Shown: in pieces, positions 30,887 to 39,313 of the stretch
How positions within the stretch are numbered: position 1 is the stretch's first letter
Layout: each line of letters opens with the position of its first letter
From: an uncultured Acidobacteriota bacterium
Lineage (GTDB): Bacteria; Acidobacteriota; Thermoanaerobaculia; UBA5066; DATFVB01
DNA: 64,000 nucleotides
Direction of reading: 5' to 3'
Assembly: GCA_963714035.1 (NCBI GenBank)
Contig: OY970224.1
Span: 2,337,996-2,401,995 of the forward strand
The notes under the pieces: model-generated
Told to the model about the DNA's origin: nothing
The model's input: only the letters and a program-made list of their open reading frames with translations
Databases searched by the model: none
Program-made: the position numbers and the translations under genes

Positions 30887-31624
30887 TCATTCAGCGGGCC
30901 ATGTGAACCGAAATTGTACGTGAGTACCAGCCGGCACCCCATCGAGAACGTCGCTTCCGTCCGGTCTCGTCACGGCAAATCCCAGACCAGGAGGACGCCG
31001 AAGGGTCTCAGCAGCCAAATTATCCGGCGGCGTGATCGCGAAGAGGGTCTCGACCGCAAAAGCCCGCGACACGATACCGTTGAGCTCACCCGCTTTGGTC
31101 CAATGGAAGTCGAGTTGAAATCTTGCATCCTCAGGTCTTGTCGTGAAGGTGCCGGGCGTGACGTACATTGCCCACTCTTTCGGCCAAGGACTCTTTCCGA
31201 AGAGGCCCTGAACCCAAGCTGGGGGAATGACGGAGACTCCAGGTATCGATTTGGCGCTAATCGCGCCACAGATCAATTTCATAAACCATTTTTCGAGACC
31301 ACGCCCGTCGAGGTTAGCGGCGATGTCTGACGCTCGGCCACGGACCCCGGTGCTCAAATGGTTCTGCCCTGCGACCAGCATCAGATTTCGGAAGTAGTCT
31401 CGCGCGTTACCGTCTAGACCGTCCAAGTCGTCGTGATGCTTTGCGCAGACGACATATCCGTGACCGTACGAGCCCGGCGCCATCGCTTTTGAGGAGCCCG
31501 CCTGCCACGCGAAGCCAGCGACCGTTACGGAACCCAGCATCACCTGCAGACTCCGTGAAATGAAGTGCTCGTCCTCAATGGCGCCAGAACAGTCGCCGAG
31601 AACCTCTGCGTAGCATTTCGCCAT
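30887..31624 (-). CDS. Cytoplasmic hypothetical protein with a possible His-Me finger / HNH-like motif
   Basis: 245 aa with no signal peptide. A C..C...H then CAKHHDDLDGLDGN......N.......NH arrangement is reminiscent of HNH, but the match is weak. Confidence 0.35.
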   Translation of the reverse strand: MAKCYAEVLGDCSGAIEDEHFISRSLQVMLGSVTVAGFAWQAGSSKAMAPGSYGHGYVVCAKHHDDLDGLDGNARDYFRNLMLVAGQNHLSTGVRGRASDIAANLDGRGLEKWFMKLICGAISAKSIPGVSVIPPAWVQGLFGKSPWPKEWAMYVTPGTFTTRPEDARFQLDFHWTKAGELNGIVSRAFAVETLFAITPPDNLAAETLRRPPGLGFAVTRPDGSDVLDGVPAGTHVQFRFTWPAE

Positions 31625-31664
31625 TTCTCAGGCCTTGTCGATTACCCGATACTGCTTACGTTCC

Positions 31665-31728
31665 CGAACGACCTGGCTTCAGCGGCGGCAAGCCGCAGGC
31701 GCGCCGTCCGCTGCAAGCCAATGTTCGG
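31665..31728. repeat. Island REP-like hairpin element, copy 4
   Basis: ccgaacgacctggcttcagcggcggcaagccgcaggcgcgccgtccgctgcaagccaatgttcgg. Confidence 0.8.
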
Positions 31729-31736
31729 CGTCTTCG

Positions 31737-32276
31737 TCATGACCGCGATGACCTGAGTACCATTGCCAGCGTGACCAGGAGACTCGCTAATATGCCAAGA
31801 ACGAGAATTCCAAGTGGGCGTTGATACCACGGAAGTATTGGGTGATCAGCCTCTAAGGCACGCCGTACCTCTGGACGAAGAGTTTCTGAAATTGCCTTCA
31901 TCTTATTCCTGAGGTTCGGTGCTAGGGCAGGCAGCCCGATTCCCGCCGCGACCGCGGACAGCCGCGATTCGTATCCGGCCGCGATCGTGTCGATCTCGGA
32001 GAGTGCGGCGCGTGACAGCCGGGCCGCCGCACGTTCCCTCAGCCAGCCAACCCTGGGTTTGGGAAGAAGGGCGATTCGCGTGAGACACAGTTGTTTCGCC
32101 TCCTCCAGCGCGTCGCAATAGATTTGGGAGTAGCCAGCCAGCAGGGCGCTTGAACGTGCCCGCCCGGCGCTAGCCTGCGAATTCGCCTCGCGTTCTAGGC
32201 GCTCCGTGACCCGCGCGTTGTGGTCCCGCCACGCTGCCTGACACTCTGCCAGGAGCCGTGACACATCGTTACTCAT
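31737..32276 (-). CDS. Hypothetical protein with a C-terminal TM anchor
   Basis: 179 aa. The helical N-terminal region is cytoplasmic-looking; a hydrophobic helix sits at the C-terminus (LGILVLGILASLLVTLAMVL). Confidence 0.4.
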   Translation of the reverse strand: MSNDVSRLLAECQAAWRDHNARVTERLEREANSQASAGRARSSALLAGYSQIYCDALEEAKQLCLTRIALLPKPRVGWLRERAAARLSRAALSEIDTIAAGYESRLSAVAAGIGLPALAPNLRNKMKAISETLRPEVRRALEADHPILPWYQRPLGILVLGILASLLVTLAMVLRSSRS

Positions 32277-32297
32277 GCACGAGCCAACGCGTCTTGG

Positions 32298-32540
32298 TCA
32301 TTGGCGTAATCCCCGGATCACCCGAAACATGCCTACCAGCAGGAAAAACACCGCGGCGTAGACCGCAAAAGCGGCCGCTGAACATGCCCCGAGGAAGACG
32401 AGTGAACCGTGCATCAAAGCCCAGCCCGTGAAGAACCCAGATAATGGACGCTCCGTGAAGAATGGGACCGCGACACTCGGTAGCGTCGCTGCTGCGACGA
32501 CTGCGGTCAGGATTCCAGCCTTGCTCTTATCGGAACGCAT
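32298..32540 (-). CDS. Small membrane protein (2-3 TM), hypothetical
   Basis: 80 aa, strongly hydrophobic. Confidence 0.4.
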   Translation of the reverse strand: MRSDKSKAGILTAVVAAATLPSVAVPFFTERPLSGFFTGWALMHGSLVFLGACSAAAFAVYAAVFFLLVGMFRVIRGLRQ

Positions 32541-32874
32541 CTTCAGACGCCGAACATGTAATTAGACGTCCTCAGTGTTTTCGACAAACGCGGCGAGAAA
32601 CGGTCAAAAAGGCGCATCGGCACCTCGCAGGTCAAATTGTAGCCCCTTCATCAGGCCCATCGTCATCGACGACTCTCCCTCGCCAGCCGGTCGATTTTCA
32701 GCCGCCTAACACCGGCGAACACCGGATCTGGTAATGCCAAAAAGGCGGGGTTTCTGGCTTCCACTCGAGCTCTCCATCCATCCTCTTCATCGCGTGGTCG
32801 TGCGGATGGGGACATGGCCAGAGATCCGAGAGGGCGAGCATGGTGGAACGGGGTGCGATAATCGCGGCCACCCT

Positions 32875-32951
32875 TCGGGGCGTAGCGCAGCCCGGTAGCG
32901 CTCCTGCTTTGGGAGCAGGAGGTCGTCGGTTCAAATCCGACCGCCCCGACC
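32875..32951 (+). tRNA. tRNA-Pro (anticodon TGG)
   Basis: Acceptor stem CGGGGCG/CGCCCCG, D-stem GCGC/GCGC, anticodon arm CCTGC-TTTGGGA-GCAGG, T-arm GTCGG-TTCAAAT-CCGAC, discriminator A, and CCA encoded. Folded by hand. Confidence 0.85.
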
Positions 32952-32958
32952 ATGATTT

Positions 32959-33327
32959 TCAAAAGCTTACGATCGGCGAAGCGAGGCGGCGCCGCTCCCT
33001 CGGCCGCCACCGGTACTCCGCGAGCGAGAGCCGCCCCTCGCCGTCGAAGCGGACGCCCTCCCGCTCGAGCATCCTCCTCTGCAGGTCGTCATGGCCCGAA
33101 CCGCTGCGGCGGCGAGAGACCATCCCCTTCGCGTTGACGACACGGTGCCACGGGAGTGCGGCGCCTTCCGGCAGCGCGTGCAGCGCGTACCCGACGAGCC
33201 GCGCCTGGCTTTCGAAACCCGCGAGCCGGGCGACCTGTCCGTATGTCGCGACGCGGCCGCGCGGGATCTTCGCGACGACCCGGTAGATCGCCAGATACGC
33301 CGGCGACAGGCGCGCCGTGTCCGTCAT
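32959..33327 (-). CDS. MGMT-family DNA-binding domain protein (methylated-DNA-protein-cysteine methyltransferase C-terminal-like)
   Basis: YLAIYRVVAKIPRGRVATYGQVARLAG....AR.VG.AL......LPWHRVVNAKG is the classic MGMT helix-turn-helix / PWHRV region. The stop lies 8 bp from the tRNA 3' end. Confidence 0.7.
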   Translation of the reverse strand: MTDTARLSPAYLAIYRVVAKIPRGRVATYGQVARLAGFESQARLVGYALHALPEGAALPWHRVVNAKGMVSRRRSGSGHDDLQRRMLEREGVRFDGEGRLSLAEYRWRPRERRRLASPIVSF

Positions 33328-33343
33328 TCGGCGCGAGGTCGCG

Positions 33344-33754
33344 TCAGCCTTCCTTCTCGCAGTTGACCATCCAGGGAATCCCGAAGCGGTCGATGCACAT
33401 GCCGAAGCCCGCCGCCCAGAACGTCTTCGCAAACGGCATCTTCACCTCGCCGCCCTCGGAGAGTGCTTTGAAGATCCGCTCGCCCTCGGACGTCTTCGTC
33501 ACGCCGATCGACACGGAGAAGCCCTGCGGCTTCGTGAAGTAGTGCGGCGGTGCGTCGGAGCCCATCACGACCGCGCCTCCGGCCAGCTCGAGGCGCGCGT
33601 GCATGATCCGGCCGCGCTGGTCGGGCGGCGTCTGGTCCGCCACCGGCGAATCGCCGTTGGTCATCAGGTCGAGCTTGCCGCCCAGGATCTTCTCGTAGGT
33701 CCGGAAGGCCTCGGCGCACGTTCCATCGAATGCGAGGTACGGATTCGCGTTCAC
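33344..33754 (-). CDS. VOC (glyoxalase/bleomycin-resistance) superfamily protein, PhnB-like
   Basis: 136 aa with the YL.F.G.C.EAF..Y..........H..L...G..VM motif pattern. Confidence 0.65.
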   Translation of the reverse strand: MNANPYLAFDGTCAEAFRTYEKILGGKLDLMTNGDSPVADQTPPDQRGRIMHARLELAGGAVVMGSDAPPHYFTKPQGFSVSIGVTKTSEGERIFKALSEGGEVKMPFAKTFWAAGFGMCIDRFGIPWMVNCEKEG

Positions 33755-33918
33755 GGTTCCCTCCTTCTTGAAGCCCTCGCAAATCTACAACGCGCCGCCG
33801 TGCCCGGGCCTGGTGTCGAGAACGTCCCGAGTCGGAAATCCATTCGAAAAATGCGAAAGGGTCGTGGAAATGCCGAAAAAGACGGGGAATGGCGCGCCAC
33901 TTCCGGACGCGGGCGGAA

Positions 33919-34125
33919 CTAGGCCCGCCGCCGCCCGCGCGCGACACCGACGAGGAAGGCGAGGAGCGCCGCGGCCGGCCCGCAGAAGAACGCGCCGGTC
34001 ATCGCCGCCTCGACCGATCGGTCGTGAACGTTCGAGGAGAGATGCATGACGAGGAAATATCCGACGAGGGCTCCGACGCCGTATCCCGCGATCGCCCAGA
34101 GGAGGCCAATCGCGAAGCGCTTCAC
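33919..34125 (-). CDS. Small membrane protein, hypothetical
   Basis: 68 aa with two hydrophobic helices. Overlaps the DUF3224 gene stop. Confidence 0.35.
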   Translation of the reverse strand: MKRFAIGLLWAIAGYGVGALVGYFLVMHLSSNVHDRSVEAAMTGAFFCGPAAALLAFLVGVARGRRRA

Positions 34126-34520
34126 GCGCTCTTTTCGGCCGGGAGCGCGTACTCGAAATCGTAGAAATGCGCGCCGCCCTCGCGGATGTCGATCGCCAGC
34201 TTTCCCGAGAGGCCGGCGAGCTCTTCCGTTCCCGAGTCCGGAACGACGGTGATCGAGAGAGACGGTTCCCCGCGATTCATCGTCCCGGTGTGCTGAAGGA
34301 CGAAGCTCCCGCGCCGGCCTCCGAGCGTTCCGCTCACGCGCTCGATCGCGACGTAGCCGGCCGAGCCCGCGACGTTCGTCCCCGCCGAAAGCATCTCTCC
34401 GCGCGCCTGCGCGTCGAGGTCGCCGCGGTACCGCTTCTCGAGCGCCATTCGCGCGAGCGGCGGCTCGAGGCCGGGCTGCGGCGTCATCTTCACTTCGAAC
34501 GGTCCTCGTGCTTGCGTCAT
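34122..34520 (-). CDS. DUF3224 domain protein, second copy
   Basis: Similar to the 23901-24308 product, including the [11 protein letters not shown] block. Confidence 0.6.
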   Translation of the reverse strand: MTQARGPFEVKMTPQPGLEPPLARMALEKRYRGDLDAQARGEMLSAGTNVAGSAGYVAIERVSGTLGGRRGSFVLQHTGTMNRGEPSLSITVVPDSGTEELAGLSGKLAIDIREGGAHFYDFEYALPAEKSA

Positions 34521-34815
34521 CGGCGCCTCACCGCTCGATTCTATGCCGTCGACCGCGTGACCGGCCGCACGCGAGAGCCCAGTCCGCGAACGAGTGCGGC
34601 CCGCAGCAGCGCGGGCAGACGAATTTCAAGGGCCGGCCTTCGCCAGCGTCACTGTCCCGTCGGTTCGGCGGCCGAAGCGGCGGTGAAGACGGTGGCGGCG
34701 AAGGGCGCGGCGATCCTGTTCATGGGTTCCTCCTTGTCGGGTCGAGCGGACCGAATTATCTCGCCGGCCTGGGAAAGCTTTCAATCGGCCAGCTGAACGA
34801 AGCTACGATCGCCGA

Positions 34816-36078
34816 ATGACCAAGCCGCGCGCTTCCCTCGTTCGGCGGTTCTGGGCGGCGCTCGGCCCGGGACTCATCACGGGCGCGGCCGACGACGATC
34901 CGTCGGGGATCGCGACGTACTCGATCGCCGGGGCGCAGCTCGGGACGAGCCTCCTCTGGACCGCGCTCCTGACCTGGCCGCTGATGGCGTTCGTCCAGAT
35001 GAGCTGCGCGAGGATCGGGATGGTGACCGGCCGCGGCCTCGCCGGGGCGCTCCGGAAGAAGTTCCCGAAGCCGCTCCTCGTCGCGGCGGCCATCGCCCTG
35101 TTCGCGGCGAACGCGCTCAACATCGGCGCGGATCTCTCGGGAATGGCGGATGCCGCCGAGATGCTCACCGGGGGCAACTCGCACGTCTTCGTGATCGTCT
35201 TCGGCGTCGGGATCACCGTCGCGGCGGTGCGGCTGCGGTATTTCCAAATCGCGGCCGTGCTCAAGTGGCTGGCGCTCGCGCTCGGGGCGTACGTCATCGC
35301 GGCGTTCTTCGCGCATCCCCGCTGGGGAACCGTCGTGCACGACACGCTGATCCCTTCCCTTCCCCACGGGAAGACGGCCTGGGCGATGCTCGTCGCGATT
35401 CTCGGCACGACGATCAGCCCGTACCTGTTCTTCTGGCAGGCGTCGCAGGAAGTCGAGGAGGAGAAAGCGATGGGGCGGCGGATGCTGGTGAGCCGCAAGG
35501 GCGCGACCTCGCGCGAGATCACCGACCGGAGGATGGACGTCGGCGCCGGGACCTTCGCCTCCAACCTGGTGATGTTTTTCATCATCCTGACGACCGCGAT
35601 GACGCTCCACAGCCACGGCATCACGAACATCGAGACGTCGAAGCAGGCGGCGCAGGCGCTGGCTCCCCTCGCCGGAAAATTCGCCGCGGCCCTCTTCACG
35701 GTCGGTCTGATCGGCGTGGGGCTTCTCGCGATCCCGACGCTCGCGGGCTCCTCGGCCTATGCCTTCGCCGAGACCTTCGGCTGGAAGCAGGGGCTCGACC
35801 GGAAGCTCCAGAACGCCGGCCGCTTCTACATGGTTCTCGGAACGGCCGTCGTCGTCGGCATCGCCATGGACTTCGCCGGCATCAATCCCGTTCGCGCTCT
35901 TTTCTGGTCGGCGGTCGTCAACGGCCTCCTCGCCCCGTTTCTGCTCGTCGGCGTTTTCGTCGTCGCGGGCGACCGGAAGCTCATGGAAGGCCAGCCGAGC
36001 CCGACGGCGAGCCGGGTGGTCGTGGGAATCACCTGCCTGCTGATGTTCGGCGCCGCCATCGGCATGTTCGTGTTCTAA
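34816..36078 (+). CDS. mntH: NRAMP-family divalent metal (Mn2+/Fe2+) transporter
   Basis: GPG(L/F)...DDP.GIAT.S..GA consensus at the N-terminus. 11 TM segments and conserved NRAMP TM1/TM6 motifs. Confidence 0.85.
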   Translation: MTKPRASLVRRFWAALGPGLITGAADDDPSGIATYSIAGAQLGTSLLWTALLTWPLMAFVQMSCARIGMVTGRGLAGALRKKFPKPLLVAAAIALFAANALNIGADLSGMADAAEMLTGGNSHVFVIVFGVGITVAAVRLRYFQIAAVLKWLALALGAYVIAAFFAHPRWGTVVHDTLIPSLPHGKTAWAMLVAILGTTISPYLFFWQASQEVEEEKAMGRRMLVSRKGATSREITDRRMDVGAGTFASNLVMFFIILTTAMTLHSHGITNIETSKQAAQALAPLAGKFAAALFTVGLIGVGLLAIPTLAGSSAYAFAETFGWKQGLDRKLQNAGRFYMVLGTAVVVGIAMDFAGINPVRALFWSAVVNGLLAPFLLVGVFVVAGDRKLMEGQPSPTASRVVVGITCLLMFGAAIGMFVF

Positions 36079-36112
36079 CGGGCACGCCGGCCCGTCGCCG
36101 AATACACGCGAG

Positions 36113-36230
36113 CAGATCCTTCGTCGCTGTGCTCCTCAGGATGACAGTGACGGAGGGGCGTGATGCTGAACGCTGTCCCCCGTCATCCTGAGCGTTCCCC
36201 CCGTCATCCTGAGCGAAGCGAAGGATCTGC
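36113..36230. repeat. GTCATCCTGAGCGAAGCGAAGGATCTG-family inverted-repeat cluster, left flank of the GIY-YIG gene
   Basis: cagatccttcgtcgctgtgctcctcaggatgac ... ccgtcatcctgagcgttcccccc gtcatcctgagcgaagcgaaggatctg. Confidence 0.8.
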
Positions 36231-36277
36231 CCTCGGCGGGGTTTTCGATCCGACTCGTGCCGAAATAGTCTGTACCG

Positions 36278-36553
36278 GTGAACAGCTACTTCGTCTACAT
36301 CGTGACGAACGCGGGACGCGTCCTCTACATCGGCGTCACAAACGATCTCGCTCGTCGGATCGCCGAACATCGGTCGGGCCTGATCCCGGGCTTCAGTCGG
36401 AAGTATCACCTCTTCAAGCTCGTTCACTTCGAAGAGACGCCGGACGTGAAGGCGGCGATTGCGCGGGAAAAGCAGATCAAGGGGTGGACGAGAGCTCGCA
36501 AGATCGTCCTGATCGAGTCGACGAATCCTGAATGGAAGGACCTCGCGTCCTGA
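36278..36553 (+). CDS. GIY-YIG nuclease family protein (small, standalone)
   Basis: YFVYIVTN..GRVLYIGVTNDLARRIAEHR...........KLV..E matches GIY-YIG cd10448-like proteins. 91 aa. Confidence 0.85.
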   Translation: MNSYFVYIVTNAGRVLYIGVTNDLARRIAEHRSGLIPGFSRKYHLFKLVHFEETPDVKAAIAREKQIKGWTRARKIVLIESTNPEWKDLAS

Positions 36554-36568
36554 ACCGAGGACCGATGG

Positions 36569-36634
36569 CAGATCCTTCGCTCCGCTCAGGATGACAGAGA
36601 AAGGGTGCCACGTCGCTGTGCTCCTCAGGATGAC
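36569..36634. repeat. Same repeat family, right flank of the GIY-YIG gene
   Basis: cagatccttcgctccgctcaggatgac ... cgtcgctgtgctcctcaggatgac. Confidence 0.8.
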
Positions 36635-36706
36635 ATGGTCCGCAGGTCCGCGATCTGGGAGGCCGCAGCGTTCCAGCCGCAAAGCGGCGCGCGCGAGGCC
36701 GACGGA

Positions 36707-37486
36707 TCAGCCGAGGCGGACCGTGAGCATCGAAATCGACCCTCCATCCACGCCCTCGACCGGAAACGTCACCTTCTCGCCAGGCCGCCGGGCGCCGAGC
36801 ACGTAGAGGAGCGGCAGGTAGTGCTCGGGAGTCGGGATCGAGAGCATCGCATCGGCGCCGAGGGATTCGTAGTCGACGAGCGGCGCGTCGTTCCCTTCCT
36901 CGAGAAGCCGGCGCGCGCGTTCCTCGAACCGCACCGCCCAGTCGAACGGAGCGACGGGATGGCGTCCCCACGCATAGGCGTGCAGGTTGTGGACGAGATT
37001 GCCGCTCCCGACGACGAGCACCCCCTCGTCGCGCAGCGGCCCGAGGAGCTTGCCGATCTCGTAATGGAATCGCGGCGGCCGCGTCTCGTCGATCGAGAGC
37101 TGGACGACCGGCACGTCCGCGCCGGGATAGACGCGGCAGAGAACCGACCAGGCGCCGTGATCCAGCCCCCAGCGCCGGTCCCGCGCGACGGGCAGGGGCG
37201 CGAGAAGGTCCGCGACGCGCTCGGCGAGCGCGGGGCTTCCCGGCGCCGGATACTCGACCGCGAAGAGCTCCCTCGGGAAGCCGCCAAAATCATGTATTGT
37301 TCGCGGGGTCTCCATCGCCGTGACCGCCGTTCCCGGAACGAACCAGTGCGCGGAAATCGCGAGGACCGCGGACGGGCGCGGGATTTCGGCTCCGATCGCA
37401 GCCCAGGCTCGGGTCCACGGGTTGTCCTCGATCGCGTTCATCGGGTTCCCATGGCCGAAGAAAAGAGTGGGCATCGTGGTCGGCAT
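36707..37486 (-). CDS. Extradiol ring-cleavage dioxygenase class III subunit B (4,5-DOPA dioxygenase / YgiD-like)
   Basis: LFFGHGNPMNA ... ISAHW ... DHGAWSVL ... VVGSGNLVHNL motifs. The start is M14 or M18 of the ORF-track product. Confidence 0.8.
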   Translation of the reverse strand: MPTTMPTLFFGHGNPMNAIEDNPWTRAWAAIGAEIPRPSAVLAISAHWFVPGTAVTAMETPRTIHDFGGFPRELFAVEYPAPGSPALAERVADLLAPLPVARDRRWGLDHGAWSVLCRVYPGADVPVVQLSIDETRPPRFHYEIGKLLGPLRDEGVLVVGSGNLVHNLHAYAWGRHPVAPFDWAVRFEERARRLLEEGNDAPLVDYESLGADAMLSIPTPEHYLPLLYVLGARRPGEKVTFPVEGVDGGSISMLTVRLG

Positions 37487-37574
37487 GAACGAATGGTTTC
37501 GCCGGGGCGGCGCCGTGTCAATCAAGAACGTGGTGCGCCGCCGAGTTGAAGCGACGGCGGTCGCTTAACTCGGC

Positions 37575-37740
37575 GCGAAATGCCGGCAGCCGCAGACGAG
37601 GGCGAGAGCCCTTCCCGTCATTGCGAGCCGAAGGCCGAAGCAATCTCCGAGTCTGGAAATCGCTTCGCTGCGCTCGCGATGACGCGACCGAGATCCCTCG
37701 TCGCATTCGCTCCTCGGGATGACAGGACTCACCCGCCGAC
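37575..37740. repeat. Hairpin repeat, a variant of the GTCAT(T/C)-GAGCGAAG family
   Basis: cgtcattgcgagccgaaggccgaagcaatctc ... gaaatcgcttcgctgcgctcgcgatgacg is an inverted repeat, followed by cattcgctcctcgggatgacagg. Confidence 0.65.
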
Positions 37741-37748
37741 GACATCAG

Positions 37749-37975
37749 AGCGCGGCAAGACGTGCCGGAAGGTGCGCCCGGGCGGCGCCCTGGTCCGACC
37801 TTGCGTGAGGAATGACCGCCCTCGATTCGGACTCCGATGAGGCGCGGCCAGGCGCGAGCCCGGCGGGATGCGGGCGCCCGAGCCCGCGGCCGAGGCATAC
37901 CGGGGCGTATGTTGAGGCCGCGGGTCGTCGCGCACGCGCCCGCCCGGCTCGATGCATCGCCGCGCACACGATAGG
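37749..37975. repeat. ~125-bp GCGCGG...CCGCGC family, copy B (two degenerate tandem units)
   Basis: gcgcggcaagacgtgccggaaggtgcgc... and gcgcgagcccggcgggatgcggg...ggcataccggggcgtatgttgagg...gatgcatcgccgcgc. Confidence 0.7.
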
Positions 37976-37986
37976 ATGCGCGCCGC

Positions 37987-39123
37987 ATGACACCCGATCT
38001 ATTGACCGCCTGCGTCTTCTGCGGCATGTCGCTCCTCCGCACCGGGCTTCCCTCGCCCTCCGGCCTCTTCGGCGAGTTCGCGGCGTCGTACGCGACGCTC
38101 GAGCGCCGCGACGCCAGCGGCACGATCTACGCGAACGACGGTTCCGACGTGACGCCGAAATTCCTGCTCGTGGGGACGGGCAACGCGAAGGACGCCGATC
38201 CCGGGCTCGGCGCCGGAACGCCGGCGCGCGAGTGGTTCGCGCGTCTGGCGATCGCCAACTCCCACGACGAGCAGAGCCAGACGTTCCGGATCCCCGACGC
38301 CGTCGTCGCGACGGGCAGCGGCCGCTATGAGAATTTCGAAGCCGGCGGACGCCTCGATCTCGGCGCGCGGGACTCGGTCGAGGCGGCCGTCGCCCAGCGG
38401 GTCCACAAGATCGTCGACCTCATCAACCTCGGCGGATCGAAATTCCAGTTCTCCGAGGAGCGCAACCTCTTCGCCCAGCGCGTCGACGTCTCGGTCGGCT
38501 GGCGCCACCGGTTCCGGGACGCGGAGGTCGCCGCCGCCGTCCGCGGCGTCCGCCCGGAGGGGACGTACAACACGGCCGCCGTCTATCGGGAGGGGAGGGC
38601 ATGGATGCCCGGTGGGGAGATCGAGGGCCGCTGGCGGCACGGGACCCTGTCGCTGGGAGCTTCGGGAGAAGCGGCGGCGGCCGACATGTCGCTCGACGAG
38701 CAGCGGGCTCCCGATTTCGCGCACGTGTCCTACACCGAGCACGCCTCCGTGGCCTCGGCTTCGCTCTTCGTCGAAAAGACGTGGGGGCCGACGAACATGT
38801 ACTTCTCGATCGGCGCGGACCGGTCGCGGCTCCCCTTCGTCGCCATGGCGATCCTCGGCCGCGAGACCAGCTATTTCGACGAAGGGTACCGGCCGGACTC
38901 GCGGACGAAGGAAATCGTCTGGGACCTCGAGGCGCGCCACCGGGTTTCGCCCGGCGTCCACCTCCGCGCCTACGTCCGCGTGATCCAGGGAAACGAGACC
39001 GTGGCGCTCAATGATCCCGCCGGCGCGCTCGCGCCGGTCGACCTGTCCGTGCGGCGCGGAGGGCACTGGCCGATCACGCAGTTCATGCTCGGCGGCGGAG
39101 CGGATTTTTCGATCGGGAAGTGA
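37987..39123 (+). CDS. Hypothetical protein (possibly exported)
   Basis: 378 aa with a weakly hydrophobic N-terminus. No family recognised. Confidence 0.45.
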   Translation: MTPDLLTACVFCGMSLLRTGLPSPSGLFGEFAASYATLERRDASGTIYANDGSDVTPKFLLVGTGNAKDADPGLGAGTPAREWFARLAIANSHDEQSQTFRIPDAVVATGSGRYENFEAGGRLDLGARDSVEAAVAQRVHKIVDLINLGGSKFQFSEERNLFAQRVDVSVGWRHRFRDAEVAAAVRGVRPEGTYNTAAVYREGRAWMPGGEIEGRWRHGTLSLGASGEAAAADMSLDEQRAPDFAHVSYTEHASVASASLFVEKTWGPTNMYFSIGADRSRLPFVAMAILGRETSYFDEGYRPDSRTKEIVWDLEARHRVSPGVHLRAYVRVIQGNETVALNDPAGALAPVDLSVRRGGHWPITQFMLGGGADFSIGK

Positions 39124-39313
39124 GTCTTCCGCGCTCACCGCCGTGAGCGCGGAAGACTCATCACGCCGAAGCTCCGGCAGGAGCGAAGGCGGATGAGCGC
39201 GCGCGGATGGGCCCCGAAGCTCTGCAATCGAAATCGCCGAGGCCAGATCCTTCGCGCAGTTCACCTCCGCGAAAGCGGGGGCTCAGGATGACAGCGAGAG
39301 GGTCAAACTTGAA

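Noticed and set aside
34521-34815. Possible Mn (yybP-ykoY) riboswitch upstream of the NRAMP transporter.
   Set aside because: No recognisable conserved yybP-ykoY core was seen by eye. It would need an Infernal scan to exclude.
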